Of a stretch of 32,000 nucleotides of DNA, positions 24,426-31,148 are shown in pieces. Position numbers and translations under genes: made by a program. The stretch spans positions 1,500,001 to 1,532,000 of the forward strand of contig NC_013967.1 of the NCBI RefSeq assembly GCF_000025685.1, read 5' to 3'. The notes beneath the pieces are model-generated. The model saw only the letters and a list, made by a program, of their open reading frames with translations. It searched no databases and was not told where the DNA came from. Within the stretch, counting starts at the first letter, position 1. The number at the start of each line of letters is the position of its first letter. The stretch comes from Haloferax volcanii DS2 (GTDB lineage Archaea > Halobacteriota > Halobacteria > Halobacteriales > Haloferacaceae).

Positions 24426-25235
24426 TCAGTACGCCTCCGGGTCGATTTCGAGAATCATCTTGCCGCCCTTGAACGCCCGGACGAGCCCGTCGGACTCCGA
24501 GAGGACGATGGCCGTGGCGTTGGTGTCGCGGGTGATAGCGCCGCCGGCCATGTGGCGCGCGCCCAGCCCCTTCGGGATGTCGACGCCCTCCGCCGAGGGT
24601 TCGAGGTAGCGGTACGCCGAGACGATTTTCCCCGAGTCGGAGATGACGAACGCGCCGTCGAGCCGCGAGAACTCCTTGAGCATCACGTTGACGATGGGGT
24701 CGCCGACGTAGACGTGGGATTTCTCGAAGGGGTTGTACGACAGCGGCCGCGACTTGTTCATCACCTTGCCCGCGTCACCGACGATGAACAGCGCGCCGAC
24801 GGGTTCGCCCTTCTGCCCTTTCTTGCCCAGTTCGATGGCCACCTCGAACACGTCGCGGATGACGCCGGGGTCCGCCCGCGAGTTCGCAAAGAGGTCGTAG
24901 ATGCCCGACCGCATGTTCTCCTCGACGCGGACGCGGACGAGCGAGTCCGGGTCGCCGCCGAAGGTGCCGACGTTGCAGGCGATGGTGTCGCCGGCCTCGA
25001 CGATGCTCTGTTCCATCGCGCCTTCGACGCCGAAGCGGATGCGGTCTTTGACGTTCTGGAACTGCAGGGGCAACTCCACGAACGTCTCTGCTTCGACCGT
25101 GTTCTCCGGCGCGATGACCACCGTCGGAACGTCCGTCTCGGCGAACTGCTCGTAGTGGGAGCTGCTCGGCGTGAACAGAAACAACCCATCGACGTCCGCC
25201 ACGAGGTCGCCCAATAATTCGGATAACGCCGCCAT
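24426..25235 (-). CDS. dacZ: diadenylate cyclase, archaeal DacZ type
   Basis: The C-terminal DAC domain carries GALFIVGD, LDGAFVISDSGKIV (DGA motif) and GLGARHMAGGAIT (RH motif). An N-terminal extra domain is present, as described for Haloferax volcanii DacZ. The product is 269 aa. Confidence 0.85.
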   Translation of the reverse strand: MAALSELLGDLVADVDGLFLFTPSSSHYEQFAETDVPTVVIAPENTVEAETFVELPLQFQNVKDRIRFGVEGAMEQSIVEAGDTIACNVGTFGGDPDSLVRVRVEENMRSGIYDLFANSRADPGVIRDVFEVAIELGKKGQKGEPVGALFIVGDAGKVMNKSRPLSYNPFEKSHVYVGDPIVNVMLKEFSRLDGAFVISDSGKIVSAYRYLEPSAEGVDIPKGLGARHMAGGAITRDTNATAIVLSESDGLVRAFKGGKMILEIDPEAY

Positions 25236-25351
25236 TGGTGGAGAGAGACACCGGGTGAGAAAAAGGGTTGTGTCGCGTCTGACGCGTGGCGTGCGCGATT
25301 CGGCCGGTCGAAACCGGCGACTGAGTCTCCCGGAAGGGGGTCGAACGGGAC

Positions 25352-25714
25352 CTACTGCCCCAGAATCGGGGCTCTGAGCGCGGCGACTTCGTCGAGAATC
25401 GCGTCGGCGTCTTCCGGGGCGACGCCGTTTTCGTCGAGCGCGGCCGCGAGGTGCTCGGCGATGGCGTCAAAGTCCTCACCGGAGAGGTCGAGGTGGTCGT
25501 GGGCCGCCCGCATATCGGCCCCGTCGTACTCGACGGGACCGCCCGCGACGGCGCTGATGAGCTTGACCTGATGGGCGCGCTGTTCGACCATGTCGATGTC
25601 GTCAAAGTAGTGGGCGACCGAATCGTCCGCGAGGACGCGGTCGTAGAAGTCCGAGACGACTGCTTCGACGGCCTCACGGCCGCCGATGCGAGCGTAGAGT
25701 GACTGCGCAGGCAT
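25352..25714 (-). CDS. glbN: group I truncated hemoglobin
   Basis: A 120-aa product. SLYARIGGREAVEAVVSDFYDRVLADD...QVKLISAVAGGPVEYDGADMRAAHDHL...FDAIAEHL fits the 2-on-2 globin pattern with a proximal His. Confidence 0.85.
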   Translation of the reverse strand: MPAQSLYARIGGREAVEAVVSDFYDRVLADDSVAHYFDDIDMVEQRAHQVKLISAVAGGPVEYDGADMRAAHDHLDLSGEDFDAIAEHLAAALDENGVAPEDADAILDEVAALRAPILGQ

Positions 25715-25740
25715 TCGTCGGGGAGTTGGACACCACGAGG

Positions 25741-26130
25741 GTAAGGTTTCCTCCGAACGTATGCGGGGTGTTTAAGAGTGGATTGGAAGTTGAAGTGGGA
25801 GTACGTGAAGTTCCGGTAGTTCTGTTTGAATTCTCCGGAGATGGGTCTGAGTCCGTAGAATCAAGATACTACGTCGAGTTCCGGGATACGACCGGGGAAA
25901 ATTTATAGCACAGTTGTCAGTATCTCGGGCGTGAACACTACGGCGAGATTCGCTGTTATCGCGGGGGTTGCTCTCATCCTCTCGGCACTGATTTACACCC
26001 CACTGTTTACGCCGGGTCCCTTTCGCCTCTCTGACTATTTCCGACTCGAACTCGTCGTTTACATGGCAATCGGGTGGATATTCCTCGTTGTCACGTTCGC
26101 AGCCACGGAAGACGGATAGCACTGTCCAGT
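25741..26130. other. low-G+C islet (about 47-57% by hand count of six 60-nt lines) between glbN and the tRNA-Leu 3' repeat
   Basis: Hand-counted G+C per line: 25741-25800 48%, 25801-25860 48%, 25861-25920 47%, 25921-25980 57%, 25981-26040 53% and 26041-26100 53%. A typical coding line (12001-12060) counts 70%. Confidence 0.7.
25931..26119 (+). CDS. small membrane protein (2 TM) encoded in the low-G+C islet
   Basis: A 62-aa ORF with a GTG start: MNTTARFAVIAGVALILSALIY...VVYMAIGWIFLVVTFAA. A strong TATA-like ATTTATAG (25901-25908) is centred 27 nt upstream, which fits a leaderless transcript. Confidence 0.4.
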   Translation: MNTTARFAVIAGVALILSALIYTPLFTPGPFRLSDYFRLELVVYMAIGWIFLVVTFAATEDG

Positions 26131-26139
26131 ACGCGAAAC

Positions 26140-26160
26140 GCGCGGGACAGGGTTCGAACC
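26140..26160 (-). repeat. 21-nt exact copy of the tRNA-Leu 3' end (T-loop to acceptor 3' strand), att-like
   Basis: gcgcgggacagggttcgaacc at 26140-26160 is identical to 26269-26289 inside the tRNA. Both copies are preceded on the + strand by an A-run. The copy lacks a matching 5' acceptor strand and T-stem, so it is not a gene. Confidence 0.85.
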
Positions 26161-26263
26161 GCGGTCGCAACGCGTCGCGTTGCTCCCTGATTCGAACCCT
26201 TCCGTTGCGATTTTCGTCCTCGCTGTCGCTCACGGCTTCGCCGTTCGCGTCCGCGTCGGACAG

Positions 26264-26267
26264 AAAA
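26264..26267 (-). terminator. oligo-T stretch immediately 3' of tRNA-Leu
   Basis: The minus strand reads ...CCCGCGC-A-TTTTCTG directly after the discriminator base. No CCA is encoded. Confidence 0.4.
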
Positions 26268-26350
26268 TGCGCGGGACAGGGTTCGAACCTGCGAAGGTCT
26301 ACACCACAGCGTCCTAAGCGCTGCGCCTTTGGCCACTTGGCTACCCGCGC
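26268..26350 (-). tRNA. tRNA-Leu (anticodon UAG), class II with long variable arm
   Basis: The folded reverse complement is GCGCGGG UA GCCAAGUGGCCAAAGGC G CAGCG CUUAGGA CGCUG UGGUGUAGACCUUC GCAGG UUCGAAC CCUGU CCCGCGC A. It has a 7-bp acceptor stem, a 5-bp anticodon stem, a 5-bp T stem, U33, G37 and a 14-nt variable arm. Confidence 0.9.
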
Positions 26351-26395
26351 GCAATCGGGCGACGCCCGCCCTTCGACCGCACATTTCCCGCAACG

Positions 26396-26404
26396 ATATA
26401 TAAA
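26396..26404. promoter_or_regulatory. near-palindromic TATA element (ATATATAAA) between divergent tRNA-Leu and the TFB-like gene
   Basis: It lies about 46-54 nt upstream of the tRNA 5' end on the minus strand and about 55 nt upstream of the ATG at 26457 on the plus strand. It could serve either or both. Confidence 0.4.
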
Positions 26405-26456
26405 CGTCACGAGCGCCCGCCGCGGGGATTATGCTCCCGCGGCCGCAACGACGACC

Positions 26457-26765
26457 ATGTACAGCGCCCGAGACCAGCGAGACAACCGGGAGTGGCTGGC
26501 CCGCATCGACGCCGCCGCCGACGGCCTCGAACTCGGTAGCGAGGCCCGCTCGTACGCCTCGGACATGTTTCTCACCCAGTTGCCCGACGAGGAGCGCTCC
26601 AAACAGGCCGTCGCCGCCGCCAGCCTCTACGCCGGCGCGCTCATCGCCGGCGAGGAGCGCTCCCAGACCGCCGTCGCCGAGTCGATGGACGTGTCGCGGC
26701 TCAGCATCCAACAGCGCTGGAAGGACCTCCTCCGGGAGGCCGGCTTCCGACCGCCGAGCTGGTAG
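26457..26765 (+). CDS. stand-alone TFB/TFIIB cyclin-fold protein (no zinc ribbon, no B-reader)
   Basis: A 102-aa product. ...AAASLYAGALIAGEERSQTAVAESMDVSRLSIQQRWKDLL resembles the TFB cyclin repeat ending in the HTH (rTQkeiAeaagVsevTIRnRYkel). The ATG at 26457 is in frame within track ORF 26088..26765, whose upstream part overlaps the tRNA. Confidence 0.6.
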   Translation: MYSARDQRDNREWLARIDAAADGLELGSEARSYASDMFLTQLPDEERSKQAVAAASLYAGALIAGEERSQTAVAESMDVSRLSIQQRWKDLLREAGFRPPSW

Positions 26766-26811
26766 TTTGGAGGCGCTCACTCCGAGGAGCGCGCGGGAGC
26801 CATCCGACGAG

Positions 26812-26979
26812 TCAGGACCGCGTAGTCACCGCGGTGGCGAGGACGCCGGCGGCGACGGCCGGAATACCGACGAAAAGCGAGAAGAAGATCCACCGCGAGG
26901 CCACCTCGGTGACGGCGATGCCGACGACGAGCGCGGCGACGACGCCGACGGCGAAACTGGCGAAACGCGCGTGTCGCAT
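26812..26979 (-). CDS. 55-aa small membrane protein (2 TM), not in the ORF track
   Basis: My own translation of the minus strand gives MRHARFASFAVGVVAALVVGIAVTEVASRWIFFSLFVGIPAVAAGVLATAVTTRS. The start is an ATG, and the gene lies 29 nt downstream of coaD on the same strand. Confidence 0.4.
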   Translation of the reverse strand: MRHARFASFAVGVVAALVVGIAVTEVASRWIFFSLFVGIPAVAAGVLATAVTTRS

Positions 26980-27008
26980 GGGGGAGCGTACGACCGTGAC
27001 AGTGAAAA

Positions 27009-27509
27009 CTATTCGTCGCTCGGGGGCGTCCGACCGCGGCCCTCGCGGTCGGGCGTGAGGTTGCCGTGGCGGTCGATTTCGCCGGAGACGATGCGCGTCG
27101 AGGAGATGCGCTCGCCGTCCTCGGCGGGGACGTGTTCGACGACCTCGATACGGAGGGGTTTGAGGCCCTTTTCTTCGCGAATCTCGTTGACGCGCTCGCC
27201 GCCACCCCGCGTCTCGGGCGAGACGATGAGCACGTCGAAGCCTTCCTCGGTCGCGATGCCGGTCGGTTTGTCGAGTTCGCGGACCTCGAACTCGCGGTCG
27301 TACTCCTCGGCGAGCGGTCGGAGTTCGGCTTCGAGGTCGGCCTTGCGGTCGTCGAAGGGCCGGACGTAGCGGTCGACGTGTCGCGTCTTCGGCGCGAGTT
27401 CGTCGCTCGTGAGTCCGACCGTGACAGCACCCAATTCGAACGCCCGCTCGAACAGCGCGAGATGTCCATCGTGGACAGGGTCGAACGTCCCGCCCAACGC
27501 GACGTGCAT
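27009..27509 (-). CDS. coaD: phosphopantetheine adenylyltransferase, archaeal cytidylyltransferase-fold type
   Basis: The product starts MHVALGGTFDPVHDGHLALF, which carries the (T/H)xGH nucleotidyltransferase motif. ERISSTRIVSGEID (ISSTRI motif) is also present, and the size (166 aa) is typical of archaeal PPAT. Confidence 0.8.
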   Translation of the reverse strand: MHVALGGTFDPVHDGHLALFERAFELGAVTVGLTSDELAPKTRHVDRYVRPFDDRKADLEAELRPLAEEYDREFEVRELDKPTGIATEEGFDVLIVSPETRGGGERVNEIREEKGLKPLRIEVVEHVPAEDGERISSTRIVSGEIDRHGNLTPDREGRGRTPPSDE

Positions 27510-27626
27510 ACTCTCGGGGTGGGTACGGCGCGACTTAAGCGGGTCGGGTTAGCCTAACGGCCCAACGCCCGCGGCCATCGGGGGCTCCGAGGGTGCGCGA
27601 ATCGTCGCAGCAGTCGGGACGCCGCG

Positions 27627-28091
27627 CTACTCCTCGCGGACCGTAATCGTGACCGGTTCGGTCTCGTCGGAGCGGTCGGTGCCGAGGTGTCGGTCGAGGT
27701 TGAACACGGCGTTCAACTGCGCCTGCACCTGTCCGGAGACGCCCTTCACGAGGTCGCTCGGCGCGATGGCGACGTACTCGTAGGGGTTGTTGCCCGCCCC
27801 GGAACTCTTCCGCTTGCGGCGCTCGACCGTCTCGTCGTCCGCGAGCTCGGCCAGCGCCTCCCGAACCGTACTGGGGTAGAGGCCGGTCCCCTCGGCGACT
27901 TCCTCGCTCGTCGAATGTGGGTGCTGTCGGAGGTGGACGTAGATTCGCGCGCGGGTCTCGGTGTCGAGAATCCACGCGAGCAGGTCCACCAACCCGTCGT
28001 CGAACTCGGAGACGGCGCAGTCGGCCGCGCCGCCCGAGTCGTCTTCGTCCGTCGACTCCGCGCTCCCCTCTGTGCTCTGGTCCGCAGACAT
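27627..28091 (-). CDS. winged helix-turn-helix transcriptional regulator
   Basis: An acidic N-terminus is followed by LLAWILDTETRARIYVHLRQHPHSTSEEVAEGTGLYPSTVREALAELADDETVERR, which is an ArsR/TrmB-like wHTH layout. I prefer the ATG at 28091 over the TTG at 28112. Confidence 0.7.
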   Translation of the reverse strand: MSADQSTEGSAESTDEDDSGGAADCAVSEFDDGLVDLLAWILDTETRARIYVHLRQHPHSTSEEVAEGTGLYPSTVREALAELADDETVERRKRKSSGAGNNPYEYVAIAPSDLVKGVSGQVQAQLNAVFNLDRHLGTDRSDETEPVTITVREE

Positions 28092-28124
28092 TTGTGCTAC
28101 GGCAAAGGTCAAAACTGGGGCGCT

Positions 28125-28130
28125 AAAAAA
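28125..28130 (-). terminator. T6 run about 29 nt downstream of gshA; it may double as the AT-rich promoter element of the wHTH gene
   Basis: The minus strand reads ...GGAAACATTTTTTAGCGCC between the gshA stop (28159) and the regulator ATG (28091). Confidence 0.35.
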
Positions 28131-28158
28131 TGTTTCCTGTCGCGCGTCGGCGTGCGAG

Positions 28159-29235
28159 TCAGTCCAGCGTCAGGTGTTCGCACAGGCCGTCGAGCCCGGA
28201 TTCCTCGTGAATCCGCCGCTGGACGGCGGTTCCGGATTCGGCGTCGAGAAGCGACCGGAGGCCGTCGACGCCGAGGCGGTCGGACTCGGTTTCGACGAAC
28301 GAGACGAGGCTCACCACGCCCTCGGAGTCGGGGGCGATGAAGTCCGTGTCCCGGCCGTAGCGGGTCGCGCGCCACTTGTTCTCGTCGAGGAGTTCTCGGC
28401 GGACCGACGTTCCCGACTCGCCGGCCTCGTAGCGGTCGGCGAGGTCCAACACGAGCGCGTGGACGTACTCGACGAAGTCGGTGACGCGTTCGGGGTCGGT
28501 CTGGGCGTCGGGGGTGCGGATTTCGACCGTCCCGTGGCCGGTGTGGGGGCGCACGTCGTACCAGAGTTCGCCCCGGTCGTCTATCGAGCCGTACTCGACC
28601 ATCCGGCGCTCGAAGCGCTGGAACTCCTCGAAGTCGTCGAAGGCGGTCGGCATGCCGGTGTTCGGGAGGTTCTCGAACACCTTGGCGCGGGCGGAGGCGA
28701 GACCGGTGTCGAAGCCGTTCCAGAAGGGAGAGTTCGCAGAGAGCGCGAGCAGGGGAGCGAGATACCAGCGGAGTTCGTTGGCGACCCAGACGGCCTTGTC
28801 CGCGTCGTCGACGCCGACGTGGACGTGGAGGCCGGCGGTCGTGTTCCGGTGTTGGGGGTACTGAATCCGGTCGAGTTGCGCCTGATACCGGGGTTTGGTC
28901 GCGTGGTCGAGTTCGCGCCACTTGGCGGCGGGGTGGAGCCCGGCCGCGGCGATGCGGTAGCCGTGGGCCGCGGCGTGGTCGACGAGCGCCTCGCGGACCG
29001 TCGAGACGGCCGCGCCGGCCTCGTCGGGGTCCTCGATGAGCGGCGTCTGCGTCTCGATAGTGAACTGGAACAGCTCGTGGTCGAGCCGTCCGGCGAGCGG
29101 TTCGGGAGGTTCCGGTCCGTAGACTAAGTCGTCGATACCCGAGGTGGGGCGGCCGTCGGCATCGACGATGTAGAATTCCTCTTCGACGCCGAGCGTCCCC
29201 ATTCGGTCGAAGGCATCCGCCGACCCTAGTTCCAT
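28159..29235 (-). CDS. gshA: glutamate--cysteine ligase (YbdK/GCS2 carboxylate-amine ligase family)
   Basis: A 358-aa product. [18 protein letters not shown] and [11 protein letters not shown] are GCS2 family motifs. This family supplies the gamma-glutamylcysteine ligase (GshA) described in Haloferax volcanii. Confidence 0.8.
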   Translation of the reverse strand: MELGSADAFDRMGTLGVEEEFYIVDADGRPTSGIDDLVYGPEPPEPLAGRLDHELFQFTIETQTPLIEDPDEAGAAVSTVREALVDHAAAHGYRIAAAGLHPAAKWRELDHATKPRYQAQLDRIQYPQHRNTTAGLHVHVGVDDADKAVWVANELRWYLAPLLALSANSPFWNGFDTGLASARAKVFENLPNTGMPTAFDDFEEFQRFERRMVEYGSIDDRGELWYDVRPHTGHGTVEIRTPDAQTDPERVTDFVEYVHALVLDLADRYEAGESGTSVRRELLDENKWRATRYGRDTDFIAPDSEGVVSLVSFVETESDRLGVDGLRSLLDAESGTAVQRRIHEESGLDGLCEHLTLD

Positions 29236-29403
29236 CGCAACGGCGTAAGTTGCGCCGAATTAAAAACACCGTGGGAGCCGGCGAACGCGTCGCACGACCG
29301 CCGCCGGTCGAATCCGACGACGTGACAGCGACCGAATGGTTCCGCGGACGCCCAACACCGGCGGCGACCCCCGTGATTCGGGGAGCCAGCCGGCGGCGGC
29401 GAC

Positions 29404-30063
29404 CTACTTCGGCCGGGCGACGATACCGAGGTGGTCCGCGTGGAAGCGGTCGAGGCGGGCGGTTTCGAGGAGTTCGTACGCCGAGTCGAGTTCAGCGATC
29501 ACGTCGTCGAACACGTCGTCCGGCTCCGCAGTCACGTCCTCGCTGCGCGCCTTGACGGCCATCAGGAGTCGGCCGTCGTCCGCGAGGAACTGTCGGTTGC
29601 GGACGGCGACGGTCGCCTGCCCGCGGGTCGCCACGTCCATGACGAGGCAATCGATGCCGGCTTCGACGACGTGCGCGTAGGAGTCGGGGTCGCGCGCGTC
29701 CTTCAGAAGCGGAAAGAGGTTGTCGCGGTCCTCGGCGACGCCGACGAGGTCGCGGACGGGTCGCGGCGCGAACTCCACGGCGTAGGTCGGCCCGGCGAAG
29801 TCGGCGACGTGCGAGACGGTCGTCCCCGAGGCGGCCCCGAGGTAGAGCACCGACTCGCCGCCGACGAGGCCCGTGTCCATGCCGAGTTCAAGCATCGCGC
29901 CGAGCTTCGAACGCCCGGCGTCCCACGCGCGCCAGCCGTCGGAATCGACGGGTTCGCCGTAGACCGGTTCGCCCCGCGTCGAGAGGCGCTCGCGGCCGCC
30001 GAACGTCCGGCGTTCGACGCCGTCGGGGAGAGCGGCGTCGGCGGCGGAGCCGTCGTCGCTCAT
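29404..30063 (-). CDS. flpA: fibrillarin-like rRNA/tRNA 2'-O-methyltransferase
   Basis: The ATG at 30063 overlaps the nop5 stop by 4 nt. W..SKLGAM, the SAM-binding VLYLGAASGTTVSHVAD, VYAVEFAPR and LLMAVKARS are present. The track's 401-aa version has an Arg-rich, out-of-frame N-terminal part. Confidence 0.95.
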   Translation of the reverse strand: MSDDGSAADAALPDGVERRTFGGRERLSTRGEPVYGEPVDSDGWRAWDAGRSKLGAMLELGMDTGLVGGESVLYLGAASGTTVSHVADFAGPTYAVEFAPRPVRDLVGVAEDRDNLFPLLKDARDPDSYAHVVEAGIDCLVMDVATRGQATVAVRNRQFLADDGRLLMAVKARSEDVTAEPDDVFDDVIAELDSAYELLETARLDRFHADHLGIVARPK

Positions 30064-30902
30064 TCGTCGCCCCCCTCGTCGGCGCGGGCGCGAATCGTCT
30101 CCATCCGGTCGGCGAGTTCGGCGTGCAGGTCCGGCCGGTAGTCGCCCGAGTAGTGGTCGACGCGGGCGGCGATAGCGAGTTTCCCGGCGAGCGCGCGGGC
30201 GGCGGACCCGCGGTCTTCCGGGCGCGTCCCGCGGACGTACTCGTGGGTGAAGATAACGCCGTGTTTGGGCGACGTGGCGCGGCCCTTCAGGTGGGCGAAC
30301 AGGGCGTCTTCGGCTCCGAGCACTTGGACCGTCCCGCTCGGTTTCTTGGCGAGGGGTTCGAGGCCGCCCGCCAGCGCGATGAGCCGCGCCGCGAGGACCG
30401 GCCCGGCCATCTCGGCGAGGTTCGGCGCGGTCGTGGGCGCGCGCTCCTCGATGAACGCTCGGAGGTCGTCGCGCTCGTCGAGCAGGTCCACCGCGCGGGT
30501 GGCGTAGGAGACGACGCGCTCTTCGGCGGCGGTCTTCGGCTCGCGGACGGCGATATCGCGGACGCCGTTGAGGCCGCGCGGAACCTCCTCGTAGAGCGTG
30601 CCGGCCCACTCGACGACCCGCTCGGCGAGTTCGTTCGCGGTCCGTTCGGCGTCGTCCATCGCGCGCACGGCGTGGGCGAGCTGCACGTCGTCGGCGCGCT
30701 CGCGCTCCGCGACGGCCTCGCTGGCGGCGGCGAGCGTCGCCGAGCGGAGTTTGGCGTAGTAATCACTTTCGTCGGCGGCGAACCCGGCGTCGACGGCCTC
30801 GGCCGGCCAGTCGGTGGGGGCGGAGGCGCTGCCCGTTCGGACTCGCGTCGCCCCGGGTTCGGGGTCGTCGGGGTCCGCGCCGGCGAACCATGCGTCTGTC
30901 AT
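30060..30902 (-). CDS. nop5: Nop5 (Nop56/58 homologue), C/D box sRNP core protein, short N-terminal region
   Basis: The NOP domain is present: APNLAEMAGPVLAARLIALAGGLEPLAKKPSGTVQVLGAEDALFAHL...HGVIFTHEYV. A helical region precedes it. I prefer the ATG at 30902 over the GTG at 30938. Confidence 0.9.
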   Translation of the reverse strand: MTDAWFAGADPDDPEPGATRVRTGSASAPTDWPAEAVDAGFAADESDYYAKLRSATLAAASEAVAERERADDVQLAHAVRAMDDAERTANELAERVVEWAGTLYEEVPRGLNGVRDIAVREPKTAAEERVVSYATRAVDLLDERDDLRAFIEERAPTTAPNLAEMAGPVLAARLIALAGGLEPLAKKPSGTVQVLGAEDALFAHLKGRATSPKHGVIFTHEYVRGTRPEDRGSAARALAGKLAIAARVDHYSGDYRPDLHAELADRMETIRARADEGGDE

Positions 30903-31013
30903 ACTGGCGGATTGCGCCCCGTTCGGGTAAAAGGGCACGGACCCGCGAGCGCGGGCCGCCGTCCGGTCGTTCTGTGGTAAGTTTTAACAAACCATATCTC
31001 GTACGAATGCTCG

Positions 31014-31148
31014 ATGGAACGCGCTTCGTACGTCTGTCGTGAGTGTCAAACGACCGTGAGCGCCGCGTCGTACCGTTCGACCTGCCCCGAGTGCAGCGGC
31101 GAACTGCGGCCCACGTCGATGACGAGTCGCCGGCGCGCCGGAGATTGA
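31014..31148 (+). CDS. 44-aa zinc-ribbon micro-protein (CxxC ... CPxC), not in the ORF track
   Basis: My own translation gives MERASYVCRECQTTVSAASYRSTCPECSGELRPTSMTSRRRAGD. Two Cys pairs are spaced 12 residues apart, as in haloarchaeal small CPxCG-related zinc-finger proteins. Confidence 0.5.
   Translation: MERASYVCRECQTTVSAASYRSTCPECSGELRPTSMTSRRRAGD

Noticed and set aside
22385-25677. ORFs 22385..23485 (-), 23343..24092 (-), 23438..24472 (+), 24357..25217 (+) and 24775..25677 (-)
   Set aside because: These are shadow ORFs over purD, the acyltransferase, mscS, dacZ and glbN. None has membrane or domain features of its own.
25699-25908. A 69-aa + strand ORF in the low-G+C islet, overlapping the glbN start
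   Set aside because: It has a GTG start antisense to the glbN 5' end, no promoter element in front, and an unremarkable composition. There is not enough evidence to call it a gene.
26140-26267. A second tRNA gene or tRNA pseudogene downstream of tRNA-Leu
   Set aside because: Only the 3' 21 nt are tRNA-like. No GCGCGGG 5' acceptor strand exists in the interval. The five bases preceding TTCGAAC (CGCGG) cannot pair with CCUGU, and no anticodon arm can be drawn.
26088-26456. The upstream 123 codons of track ORF 26088..26765, and the 212-aa ORF 25772..26410 on the - strand
   Set aside because: They run across the tRNA-Leu gene and its repeat. Their repeated RFEPCPA peptides merely reflect the DNA duplication. 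Only the segment from the ATG at 26457 looks like a protein.
27961-29269. ORFs 27961..29127 (+) and 28109..29269 (-) overlapping gshA
   Set aside because: They are Arg/Gly/Val-rich translations, whereas gshA in frame 28159..29235 has clear GCS2 motifs.
30064-30609. The N-terminal 182 residues of the 401-aa track ORF 29404..30609 (a long form of fibrillarin)
   Set aside because: This part is an Arg-rich string out of frame with nop5. Fibrillarin homology begins at the ATG at 30063, which overlaps the nop5 stop in the standard operon arrangement.
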